A DNA stretch of 33,592 bases from Candidatus Taenaricola geysiri. Lineage in GTDB: Bacteria > Omnitrophota > Gorgyraeia > Taenaricolales > Taenaricolaceae. The DNA is taken from assembly GCA_002781985.1 (NCBI GenBank), contig PFGP01000107.1, forward strand, positions 20,011 to 53,602, given 5' to 3'. Below the pieces are notes generated by a model. The model saw only the letters and a program-made list of their open reading frames with translations, was not told where the DNA came from and searched no databases. This document shows, one piece after another, positions 8,930 to 17,841 of this stretch. The position numbers were made by a program, and so were the translations under genes. The stretch's first letter is position 1; each line of letters begins with the position of its first letter.

Positions 8930-8947
8930 AACTTAGGAGATTGTAAA

Positions 8948-9973
8948 TTGAAAAAGATAGCAGTAGTAGGCGCAACAGGATATGCCGGCGAAGAACTCAT
9001 AAAGATTTTATTAAAGCATCCTGCCTGCCAAATAACTTATATATGCGCCAAGATTGATAAGCCGCAAAAGTTCAGCGATATATTCTCCTGGGCCAAAGGC
9101 AGGCTTGATCTTGTTTGCGATAATCCTGATTTAAAGAAGCTAAATCAGAGCGCCGAAATCGTCTTTCTCGCGCTTCCTCATAGGACGTCTATGGAAATAG
9201 CCTCTGATATCTTAAAGGCAGGCAAAGTTGTTATTGATCTAAGCGCTGATTACAGGTTTAAGGATGTTGCGGAATATGAAAAATGGTATGTTGTAAAACA
9301 TAAGGATATGGCCAATTTAGATAAGGCTGTTTATGGGTTGCCTGAGCTTTATAAAGAAAAAATAAAAAATGCCAAATTGATAGCAAACCCGGGATGTTAT
9401 CCTACAGCGGCCATTTTATCGCTTGCGCCGCTGTTGAAAGAAAAGATATGCCAGGCAGAAGGTATAATAATTGATGCAAAAACCGGCTACAGCGGCGCAG
9501 GAAGAAAGCCTGGTAATGATCCTTTTATGAGCCAGATAAATGATAATCTCAAGGCATATAAGATAGATGCGCATCAGCATTCTCCTGAAATTGATCAGGA
9601 ATTATCAAATGTTGCAGGCGAAAGCGTGAAGGTTGTTTTTGTGCCGCATTTACTGCCGATAGAAAGAGGGATTTTAGAGACGATATATGTAAAAGCTAAA
9701 AGCGAAAAGCTAAAAGCGAAAAGTTTGATTGAATTATATAATAAATTTTACAAGGATGCGCCGTTTGTGAGAATAAAGAACGAAGACGAATTCCCGCAGC
9801 TTAGCGATGTGCAGAACACGAATTTCTGTGATATAGGCGTAAAGGTAAACAGTGACGGCAAATTTATTATTATTGTCTCTGCCATAGACAATCTTACCAA
9901 GGGCGCCGCAGGCCAGGCAGTGCAGAATATGAATATTGTATGCGGTTTTAACGAAACAGAAGGTTTATTATGA
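8948..9973 (+). CDS. argC: N-acetyl-gamma-glutamyl-phosphate reductase
   Basis: GATGYAG, FLALPH, IDLSADYR, IANPGCYPT, SGAGR, DNLTKGAAGQAVQNMN. Confidence 0.98.
   Translation: MKKIAVVGATGYAGEELIKILLKHPACQITYICAKIDKPQKFSDIFSWAKGRLDLVCDNPDLKKLNQSAEIVFLALPHRTSMEIASDILKAGKVVIDLSADYRFKDVAEYEKWYVVKHKDMANLDKAVYGLPELYKEKIKNAKLIANPGCYPTAAILSLAPLLKEKICQAEGIIIDAKTGYSGAGRKPGNDPFMSQINDNLKAYKIDAHQHSPEIDQELSNVAGESVKVVFVPHLLPIERGILETIYVKAKSEKLKAKSLIELYNKFYKDAPFVRIKNEDEFPQLSDVQNTNFCDIGVKVNSDGKFIIIVSAIDNLTKGAAGQAVQNMNIVCGFNETEGLL
9691..9725 (+). repeat. Five tandem heptamers inside argC
   Basis: AAAAGCT AAAAGCG AAAAGCT AAAAGCG AAAAGTT, encoding KAKSEKLKAKS. Confidence 0.85.
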
Positions 9974-11178
9974 AAATGATAAAAGGCGGTGTTTGCGCTC
10001 CCAAAGGGTTTTTGGCGTCAGGCATATATTCCGGTATTAAAAAAAATGCCTTCAGCAAGGACCTTGCCTTGATATTTTCCGAGGCGATATGCACAGCGGC
10101 CGGTGTTTTTACAACTAATAAGATAAGGGCGGCTTGTATAAAAATATCAGGGGTTCATTTAAAGAATAATAAAGCGCAGGCCATAATAGTCAATAGCGGC
10201 AACGCAAATTGCTGCACAGGTGAACAGGGTTTTAGAGACGCAGAGCAAACAGCAGAGGTTGTTGCTAGGGCCCTTGATCTGAAGGCTTCTCTTGTGCTGA
10301 TTTCTTCAACCGGCGTTATAGGTAAACTTATGCCTATGGCAAAACTCATAAATCATATTCCGGCTTTGGTTGAACAATTAAACACGAGAAAGAGCAGAAA
10401 TGCGGCAGAGGCTATAATGACTACAGACAAGGTTGTAAAAGAGGCCGCAATCAGTTTTAAAATTGGCGGCAGGAAAGTTACTATAGGAGCTATTGCAAAA
10501 GGTTCAGGCATGATTTATCCTAATATGGCTACCATGCTTGGTTTTGTAACTACTGATGTGGCTATAGACGTAGCCGCGCTAAAGGCCGCGCTTAAATGTT
10601 GCGTGAACAATACGTTTAACTGTATAAGCGTTGATGGCGACACAAGCACGAATGACATGGTTTTAATCCTGGCAAATGCAGCCGCAGGCAACAAAAGGAT
10701 TACGCTTAACGCAAAAGCGGATTTTGAAAAGTTCAAAAACGCCCTGATGCAGGTACTTTTATATCTGGCAAAGAAAATAGCGAAAGACGGCGAAGGCGCC
10801 ACAAAACTTATCCAGGTTTGCGTAAAAGGCGCTTTAAATGATAAAGACGCCAGGCGCGCTGCGGCAACTGTATGCAATTCCAATCTGGTTAAGACAGCTA
10901 TTTATGGTGAAGATGCCAATTGGGGCAGGATTGCCGCGGCTTTAGGCAGAAGCAAAGCGGCATTAAAAGAGGAAAAATTATCCATATATATTGACAGGGT
11001 TAAGATATTTTCAAAGGGCCTTCCTGCGGATGCCGATGAAGGCGCCTTGAAAAATATTTTATCAAAAGATGAGATTAAGATAACTGTTGATTTAGGGCTT
11101 GGCAAGGCAGGCATAACCATGTGGACCTGCGATTTATCCGAGGAGTATGTAAGGATAAACGCGAAGTACAGAACATGA
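9970..11178 (+). CDS. argJ: Glutamate N-acetyltransferase / ornithine acetyltransferase ArgJ
   Basis: GVFTTN, NSGNANC, SSTGVIG, KGSGMIYPNMATML, DGDTSTND, DGEGATK, WTCDLSEEYVRINAKY. Confidence 0.98.
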   Translation: MKMIKGGVCAPKGFLASGIYSGIKKNAFSKDLALIFSEAICTAAGVFTTNKIRAACIKISGVHLKNNKAQAIIVNSGNANCCTGEQGFRDAEQTAEVVARALDLKASLVLISSTGVIGKLMPMAKLINHIPALVEQLNTRKSRNAAEAIMTTDKVVKEAAISFKIGGRKVTIGAIAKGSGMIYPNMATMLGFVTTDVAIDVAALKAALKCCVNNTFNCISVDGDTSTNDMVLILANAAAGNKRITLNAKADFEKFKNALMQVLLYLAKKIAKDGEGATKLIQVCVKGALNDKDARRAAATVCNSNLVKTAIYGEDANWGRIAAALGRSKAALKEEKLSIYIDRVKIFSKGLPADADEGALKNILSKDEIKITVDLGLGKAGITMWTCDLSEEYVRINAKYRT

Positions 11179-12029
11179 AAGACAGTATTAAAAAAGCAGA
11201 CATATTAATAGAAGCCATCCCTTATATAAGAGCGTTTAAGGATAAGGTCGTTGTTATAAAATACGGCGGCAGCGCGATGGAGGACATTGCTTCAAGGCAG
11301 AGCCTTTTAAGGGACATCATCTTTATGAATGCCGTAGGGATTAAGCCTATCCTTATACACGGAGGCGGGCCTGCAATAAGCCATAAATTAAAACAGCTTG
11401 GGAAAAATGTCAAGTTTGTAAACGGTAAAAGGGTGACAGACGAGCATACCATAAAGATCGTTGACAGGGTGCTTTCGAAAATCAATAAACAGATAGCCCA
11501 GGAGATAATTGATTTGGGCGGCTCGGCAAAACGCCTTCTGGCCAAAGATAATAATCTGGTGCTTGCAAAATGCAAAAATTCCAAACTTGGTTTTGTCGGC
11601 ACGCCAGTTTCAATAAATACAAGATTTATAAACAGGGTGCTTAAAAAAGGTTTTATACCGGTTATCTCTTCTGTCGGCAGGGGCTATGCAGATAGAAGGT
11701 TATATAATATAAACGCCGATGATGTAGCTTCTTTTACGGCAAAATCACTAAAGGCTGAAAAATTTGTTTTATTTACAAATGTTGAAGGTATATTAAAGGA
11801 CAAGGCAGATCAGGCTTCGCTTTTGTCTACCATGAAGGCAAGTCAGGCCAGGCTTCTTATTGCTTCAGGCGTAATATCCGAAGGCATGATACCTAAGGTT
11901 CAGGCATGCGTTGATGCGTTAAAGGCAGGCGTGAAGAAGGCGCATATAATAGGCGCGTATGTGCCGCATTCTTTGCTTCTTGAGATTTTTACAAAAAAAG
12001 GCGCCGGAACTGAGATTACCAGAGAGTAA
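11175..12029 (+). CDS. argB: Acetylglutamate kinase
   Basis: IKYGGSAM, HGGGPAI, RVTD, YNINAD, GMIPKV, HSLLLEIFT. Start placed at the ATGA overlap with the argJ stop (11175), not at 11121. Confidence 0.97.
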   Translation: MKDSIKKADILIEAIPYIRAFKDKVVVIKYGGSAMEDIASRQSLLRDIIFMNAVGIKPILIHGGGPAISHKLKQLGKNVKFVNGKRVTDEHTIKIVDRVLSKINKQIAQEIIDLGGSAKRLLAKDNNLVLAKCKNSKLGFVGTPVSINTRFINRVLKKGFIPVISSVGRGYADRRLYNINADDVASFTAKSLKAEKFVLFTNVEGILKDKADQASLLSTMKASQARLLIASGVISEGMIPKVQACVDALKAGVKKAHIIGAYVPHSLLLEIFTKKGAGTEITRE

Positions 12030-12032
12030 AAA

Positions 12033-13232
12033 ATGGATACCAAAAATATTATATCAAAATACGAAAAGTTTGTGGCGCCCACATACACCAGGCTGCCGAT
12101 AATCCTTACAAAGGGCGAGGGTTCAAGGGTCTGGGATTCAGAAGGCGCTGAATATCTTGATTTTTTCCCGGGCTGGGCAGTAAGCGGCTTGGGCCATTGC
12201 CATCCGATGGTGGTTAGCGCCATAAAAAAACAAGCGGGCTCAATGCTTCACGTATCGAATAATTATTATAACCTGCTTCAGGGCGAGCTTGCAGCGAAGA
12301 TAGTTGAAAACTCTTTTGATTCAAAGGTGTTTTTTGCAAATTCCGGAGCTGAGGCAAACGAGGCGGCTATTAAGCTGGCAAGAAGGTATTTTCAGGTTGT
12401 AAAAAAAATAGACAAATACGAAATCATCACAATGCAGAATTCTTTTCACGGCAGGACGCTTACAACCATAACAGCGACTGCGCAGCCTAAATACCAGCAG
12501 GGGTTTGCGCCATTGCCCGGAGGTTTTAAATATGTGCCTTTTAATGATTTTAAGGCGCTTGAAGCCGCTATTACTGATAAAACCGCTGCTATAATGTTTG
12601 AATTGATACAAGGCGAGGGCGGTATAAATGTTGCGGATAAAGATTATGTTTTAAAAGTGAGAAAACTGTGCAATGAAAAAGATATCATATTAATAATCGA
12701 TGAAGTGCAGACAGGAATCGGCAGGACAGGCACTATGTTTGCCTTCAGCCAGTATGGCATTATACCTGATGTAATGACCCTGGCCAAATCTTTAGGCGGC
12801 GGTATGCCTATAGGCGCAACTGTTATAGCAAAAAAGTATTCTGATGTATTGCAGCCTGGCACGCATGCCTCGACTTTCGGCGGCAGCCCTATAGTTTGCG
12901 CCGCAGCGCTGGCTGTTTTTGAGGCAATAAAAAAAGAGAACCTGCTTTTAAATGTGAAAAAACAGGGCGATTATATTAAAGGCCTGCTTCTTGGCTTAAA
13001 GGATAAATATAAATTGATAAAAGAACTAAGAGGCCCGGGCCTGATGCTTGGAGTTGAGCTTAATATAGAGGGAAAGCAGATCGTGCGGGATTGTATGGCC
13101 ATGGGGCTTTTGATTAACTGCACTCATGATACGGTTTTAAGGATAATGCCTCCCTTGGGCGTTACTGCGAAAGAAATAGACAAAGCGATAAAAATATTAG
13201 ATGAAGTTTTTAAAAAGACAGAAAGAGCTTAA
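12033..13232 (+). CDS. argD: Acetylornithine aminotransferase (class III PLP enzyme)
   Basis: NSGAEANEAAIK, SFHGRT, ELIQGEGG, DEVQTG.GRTG, TLAKSLGGG, HASTFGG. Confidence 0.96.
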   Translation: MDTKNIISKYEKFVAPTYTRLPIILTKGEGSRVWDSEGAEYLDFFPGWAVSGLGHCHPMVVSAIKKQAGSMLHVSNNYYNLLQGELAAKIVENSFDSKVFFANSGAEANEAAIKLARRYFQVVKKIDKYEIITMQNSFHGRTLTTITATAQPKYQQGFAPLPGGFKYVPFNDFKALEAAITDKTAAIMFELIQGEGGINVADKDYVLKVRKLCNEKDIILIIDEVQTGIGRTGTMFAFSQYGIIPDVMTLAKSLGGGMPIGATVIAKKYSDVLQPGTHASTFGGSPIVCAAALAVFEAIKKENLLLNVKKQGDYIKGLLLGLKDKYKLIKELRGPGLMLGVELNIEGKQIVRDCMAMGLLINCTHDTVLRIMPPLGVTAKEIDKAIKILDEVFKKTERA

Positions 13233-13233
13233 C

Positions 13234-14154
13234 ATGAAGAAAGATTTGATATCAATAAAAGACCTTTCGGTAGACGAGATAAAGCATATACTTGCTGTGA
13301 CCGACAAGTTAAAGGTAAGCCCGAAGGATACGGGCACGCCTTTGGCAGGCAGGTCCATGGGAATGATTTTTCAGAAACCATCCAACAGGACAAGGGTTTC
13401 CTTTGAGGTGGGCATGGCGCAGCTTGGTGGGCATGCGATATATCTGGGGCCGGATACCATAAAATTGGGAGAGAGGGAAAAGACCTCTGATATTGCTAAT
13501 ACGCTTTCAAGATACCTGGATATCCTGGTGGCAAGGGTGTTTTCGCATTCAGATATAGTAGAGCTTGCAAAACATTCAACCATACCGGTTATAAACGGTT
13601 TAAGCGATACTGAACACCCATGCCAGGCGCTGGCTGATGTCTATACGATAAAAGAAAAGGCAGGCAGTTTTAAAGGCGTAAAGCTTGTTTTTATCGGAGA
13701 CGGCAATAATGTGCTGCATTCGCTTTTGTATGCGTGCGCCAAGCTTGGAATTAATTTTACCGTTGTGACGCCTAAAAATTATCAGCCCAACAGAGAGATT
13801 TACAACCAGGCGCTTTTGTTTACAAAGGATTCCGGGGCAAAATTAGAGCTTCTTAACGATCCGAAAGCAGCGGTTAAAGGAGCGGATTTCATATATACCG
13901 ATGTATGGGCAAGCATGGGCCAGGAGACTCAGGCAAAGAAAAAGAAAAAGGCGTTTAAGGGTTTTTGCGTAAACGATAGACTTGTTTTGCTTGCCAAACA
14001 GAATTGCAAGATAATGCATTGCCTTCCGGCTCACAGGGGCGAGGAGATTACAGACAGCGTTATAGACGGGCCGAATTCAATAGTTTTTGATGAAGCTGAA
14101 AACAGGCTGCATGTGCAAAAGGCTGTTTTGTTGTGGTTGTTGGGAGAGAAATAG
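13234..14154 (+). CDS. argF: Ornithine carbamoyltransferase
   Basis: KPSNRTRVSFE, HPCQALAD, GDGNNV, YTDVWASMG, HCLPAHRG, EAENRLH. The likely start is ATG 13234 (MKKDLISI). Confidence 0.97.
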   Translation: MKKDLISIKDLSVDEIKHILAVTDKLKVSPKDTGTPLAGRSMGMIFQKPSNRTRVSFEVGMAQLGGHAIYLGPDTIKLGEREKTSDIANTLSRYLDILVARVFSHSDIVELAKHSTIPVINGLSDTEHPCQALADVYTIKEKAGSFKGVKLVFIGDGNNVLHSLLYACAKLGINFTVVTPKNYQPNREIYNQALLFTKDSGAKLELLNDPKAAVKGADFIYTDVWASMGQETQAKKKKKAFKGFCVNDRLVLLAKQNCKIMHCLPAHRGEEITDSVIDGPNSIVFDEAENRLHVQKAVLLWLLGEK

Positions 14155-14158
14155 TTTA

Positions 14159-14221
14159 CCCCACACTTCCGTGTGGGGAATGTACTGTGTAGCGGCGGAT
14201 ACCACACGCGGAAGCGTGTGG
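14159..14221. repeat. Inverted pair of REP-like GC-rich hairpins
   Basis: CCCCACAC-TTCC-GTGTGGGG (14159-14178) and CCACACGC-GGAA-GCGTGTGG (14202-14221). Confidence 0.75.
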
Positions 14222-14232
14222 AGGAGGAGACC

Positions 14233-15414
14233 ATGAAAAAAATAATTTTAGCATATTCCGGCGGATTAGATACATCCTGCATAGTCAGGTGGCTTACTGA
14301 TAGGGGCTGGGATGTTGTGTGTTTTGTCGCTGATTTAGGCCAGGGGTTAGGTAAAGGCGAGAATTTTGCCAGGATAAAGCAAAGGGCAATCGCAGCCGGC
14401 GCATCCAGGGTTTACATCAAAGATTTAAAAGACGAATTTGTCAAAGATTTTGTTATGTCTGCGCTTAAGGCAAACGCAGTATATGAAGGAAAATATCTTT
14501 TAGCAACCGCTTTGGGCAGGCCTTTGATTGCAAAATATCTGGTTGATATCGCGCACAAAGAAAAAGCGACTGCCATTGCCCATGGTTGCACAGGCAAGGG
14601 TAATGACCAGGTGAGAATAGAGGTCACTGCAAATATCCTTGATCCGAAATTAGAGATTATAGCGCCTGTAAGGACCTGGGAGCTTAAGTCAAGGGAACAG
14701 GAAATAGATTATGCGATTAAGAAAAAAATTCCAATAGATGTCAGCAAGAAAAAGCCGTACAGTTTGGATAAAAATCTCTGGGGCGTATCTATTGAGTCAG
14801 GCATCTTAGAGGATCCGCAGAATGAGCCGCCTGAGGATTGTTATCAGTGGACTGTATCGCCCCAAAAGGCGCCTAATAAGGCAACTTATGCAGAGATAAC
14901 ATTTGAAAAAGGGGTGCCTAAAAAATTAGACGGCAAGGCATATACAGGCGTTAAACTTATTGACAAATTAAACGCATTAGGCGCAAAGAATGCAATAGGC
15001 AGGGTTGATTGCATAGAAAACAGGCTTGTGGGCATAAAATCAAGAGAGATTTATGAAGCGCCTGCGGCCACTATCCTTTATACAGCGCATAAGGAGCTTG
15101 AGGCGCTTGTTTTGGATAAAGATCTTGCGCACTACAAAGAAAGCAGGTCAGGCCTGTACGGCGAGCTTATTTATAACGGTTTGTGGTATTCTGATATGAG
15201 GATTGCCATAGATAAGTTTATTCAGCAGACTCAGAAAAGAGTTACAGGCATAATCAAGCTTAAGCTATATAAAGGTAATTGCGCTGTAGCATCTAGAAAA
15301 TCGCCCTATTCATTATACAAAAAGCGCCTTGCGACGTATTCCGAAGGCGATAAGTTCGATCAGAAACTGGCGGAAGGATTTATTAAAATATACGGTATGC
15401 CGTTTAAAAAATGA
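14233..15414 (+). CDS. argG: Argininosuccinate synthase
   Basis: LAYSGGLDTS, HGCTGKGNDQVR, ENRLVGIKSREIYEAP. Start at ATG 14233 after an AGGAGG SD. Confidence 0.98.
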   Translation: MKKIILAYSGGLDTSCIVRWLTDRGWDVVCFVADLGQGLGKGENFARIKQRAIAAGASRVYIKDLKDEFVKDFVMSALKANAVYEGKYLLATALGRPLIAKYLVDIAHKEKATAIAHGCTGKGNDQVRIEVTANILDPKLEIIAPVRTWELKSREQEIDYAIKKKIPIDVSKKKPYSLDKNLWGVSIESGILEDPQNEPPEDCYQWTVSPQKAPNKATYAEITFEKGVPKKLDGKAYTGVKLIDKLNALGAKNAIGRVDCIENRLVGIKSREIYEAPAATILYTAHKELEALVLDKDLAHYKESRSGLYGELIYNGLWYSDMRIAIDKFIQQTQKRVTGIIKLKLYKGNCAVASRKSPYSLYKKRLATYSEGDKFDQKLAEGFIKIYGMPFKK

Positions 15415-15422
15415 GGTAGAAT

Positions 15423-16613
15423 ATGACTAAAAAATTATGGGGTGGAAGGTTTACTAAAAACACAGACCCGTTTGTAGAGAAGTTTACAAGGAGCCTGCAT
15501 ACGGATATCGCGCTTTTTGAGTATGATGTAACAGCAAGCATAGCGCATGCGAAGATGCTTGGTAAATGCAAAGTCATACCAAAAAAAGACGCCCAAAAAA
15601 TAGTCAAAGGCCTTGTCAGCATATTAAACGAATTTGAAAAGGGCAAAACAAAAATAGATCAGTCAGCCGAGGATGTGCATACGCTTGTGCAGGCCTTACT
15701 TGAAAAGAAGATAGGCGCGCCTGCAAAAAAGCTTCACACAGCAAGATCCAGAAACGACCAGGTTTCAACAGACACAAGGATGTTTGCCAAGGATTATATA
15801 ATTGTTTTGATTGAAGTTGTAAAAGATTTACAGGCATCGCTTGACTCTGTTGCCAATAGGCACAAAACTGTATCAATGCCCGGTTATACGCATATGCAGC
15901 ATGCGCAGCCGGTTTTGTTTAAAAACTATACCGGAGCTTACAGGGAAATGTTTGAAAGGGATAAAGAAAGGCTTTCTGAAATATATAAAAGGATAGATAT
16001 TCTGCCCCTGGGAAGTTGCGCTTTAGCAGGCACAAGTTTGGCTATTGACAGAAAATTTGTTGCCAAAGAACTTGGGTTTTCAAAGGTTTCGCAGAATACA
16101 CTTGATGCTGTAAGCGACAGGGATTTTATAATAGAGATATTAAGCGCCGCAGCATTAACGGGTATGCACATGTCAAGGATATCAGAAGACCTTATTATCT
16201 GGTCCACATCAGAGTTTAATTTTGTGGATATCGACGAGGCATTCTGCACAGGCAGCTCCATTATGCCGCAGAAGAAAAATCCTGACGTACTTGAATTAAT
16301 CAGGGGTAACGCAGGCAGATTATACGCTAACCTTATGTCAATGCTGGTTACTATGAAGGGCCTGCCGCTTACATATAACAGGGATATGCAGCTTGATAAA
16401 GCGCCGCTTTTTGATTCATTAAACATAATTAAAGATCAGCTTGAAATTTTGTCAAAGCTTATCAGGACTATGAAGCTGAATAAGGCGGCCATAGACAGGC
16501 AATTGCAGGACCCGGGGTTGTATGCGACTTTAATGGCAGAAAGATTGGTAAAAAAAGGTGTATCGTTTAAGGATGCCCACAGAATAGTAGGAAAGAATTA
16601 TGCACGACTTTAA
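15423..16613 (+). CDS. argH: Argininosuccinate lyase, C-terminally shortened (396 aa)
   Basis: LWGGRF, HTARSRNDQ, PGYTHMQHAQP, GSSIMPQKKNPD, LPLTYNRDMQ; ends soon after FKDAHRIVG. Confidence 0.95.
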   Translation: MTKKLWGGRFTKNTDPFVEKFTRSLHTDIALFEYDVTASIAHAKMLGKCKVIPKKDAQKIVKGLVSILNEFEKGKTKIDQSAEDVHTLVQALLEKKIGAPAKKLHTARSRNDQVSTDTRMFAKDYIIVLIEVVKDLQASLDSVANRHKTVSMPGYTHMQHAQPVLFKNYTGAYREMFERDKERLSEIYKRIDILPLGSCALAGTSLAIDRKFVAKELGFSKVSQNTLDAVSDRDFIIEILSAAALTGMHMSRISEDLIIWSTSEFNFVDIDEAFCTGSSIMPQKKNPDVLELIRGNAGRLYANLMSMLVTMKGLPLTYNRDMQLDKAPLFDSLNIIKDQLEILSKLIRTMKLNKAAIDRQLQDPGLYATLMAERLVKKGVSFKDAHRIVGKNYARL

Positions 16614-17841
16614 ATTTAAAAATAAAAAGCTTTACTGTGAAAACATAGACGTTGAATATCTGGCAAGGCGTTTCGGCACCCCGCTTTATGTCTACAGCTA
16701 TAGCACCTTGATAAATCATTATCTTAAGTTAAAGGACGCGTTTAAGAGTATAAACCCGTTGATTTGTTATTCGGTAAAGGCCAATTCTAATATGGCGATA
16801 ATCGAATCGCTTATTAATAAGGGCGCAGGCCTTGATGTTGTCTCAGGCGGTGAGCTTTTCAGGGCGCTTAAGGCAGGATGTCCGGCTAATAGAATTGTTT
16901 ATGCGTCTGTCGGAAAGACCGATAACGAAATAAAAGAGGCGCTTAGCGCCGGAATCTTATTTTTCAATGTTGAATCTTTGCCTGAGCTTGAGAATATAAA
17001 CCGTATTGCCAGAAAACTTGATAAGGCCGCCAGGGTCGCGATAAGGATAAATCCTGACGTAGAGGCAAAGACGCATAAGTTTATTACAACAGGAAAGATA
17101 ACAAATAAGTTTGGCATAGATTTAAACAGCGCTTACAATATCCTTTTGATGCGTTCTAAGTTTTCCAATATAGATATATCCGGGCTGCATATTCATATAG
17201 GTTCACAGATAACCAACGGCGAGCCTTTTGTTGCCGCTATAACCAAGATTATAAAGTTTATAGGCCAGCTTAAGAAAAAAGGTATAGGGCTTGAATACCT
17301 TAATATAGGCGGCGGCCTGGGCATTGTGTATGATAAAGAAACGCCTCAGACAGCCATGAAGTTTGCCAAAAAGGCGCTGCCGCTTCTTAAGGCCACAGGT
17401 TTAAAGATTATTATGGAGCCGGGCAGGTTTATCGTCGGTAACGCAGGCATTATGGTTACAAAGGTTTTGTATGTCAAGCCAACGCCCAAGAAGAAGTTTA
17501 TAATAGTGGATGCAGGCATGAATGATCTGATACGCCCGGCATTATACGGGGCGTATCATCAAATTTTACCGCTTAGTTTGGTATCAGGTAGAAGAGAAAA
17601 GGTTGATGTAGTCGGGCCTATTTGTGAAAGCGGAGATTTTTTTGCCAAGGATAGAATTATGCCCAAGGTTTCAGAAGGAGATTATATAGCGGTAATGAGC
17701 GCAGGCGCCTATGGTTTTACCATGGCAAGTAATTATAACTCGCGGCGCAGGGCTTGCGAGATTCTTGTATCCGGAACCGATGTGTCTGTGATAAGAGACA
17801 GGGAGACTTACGGGGATTTGATTCGCAATGAAAAATATTAA
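16600..17841 (+). CDS. lysA: Diaminopimelate decarboxylase
   Basis: GTPLYVY, YSVKANS (PLP lysine), HIHIGSQI, EPGRFIVG, VGPICESGD, GAYG..MASNYN. Confidence 0.98.
   Translation: MHDFKFKNKKLYCENIDVEYLARRFGTPLYVYSYSTLINHYLKLKDAFKSINPLICYSVKANSNMAIIESLINKGAGLDVVSGGELFRALKAGCPANRIVYASVGKTDNEIKEALSAGILFFNVESLPELENINRIARKLDKAARVAIRINPDVEAKTHKFITTGKITNKFGIDLNSAYNILLMRSKFSNIDISGLHIHIGSQITNGEPFVAAITKIIKFIGQLKKKGIGLEYLNIGGGLGIVYDKETPQTAMKFAKKALPLLKATGLKIIMEPGRFIVGNAGIMVTKVLYVKPTPKKKFIIVDAGMNDLIRPALYGAYHQILPLSLVSGRREKVDVVGPICESGDFFAKDRIMPKVSEGDYIAVMSAGAYGFTMASNYNSRRRACEILVSGTDVSVIRDRETYGDLIRNEKY

Noticed and set aside
11121-11174. N-terminal extension of argB (and likewise argF from 13201)
   Set aside because: It overlaps the upstream gene; the downstream ATGs (11175, 13234) match the family N-termini and the coupling pattern.
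14173-14232. GTG-started extension of argG through the twin hairpins
   Set aside because: The strong AGGAGG SD before ATG 14233 and the family start MKKIILAYSGG argue the hairpins are untranslated.
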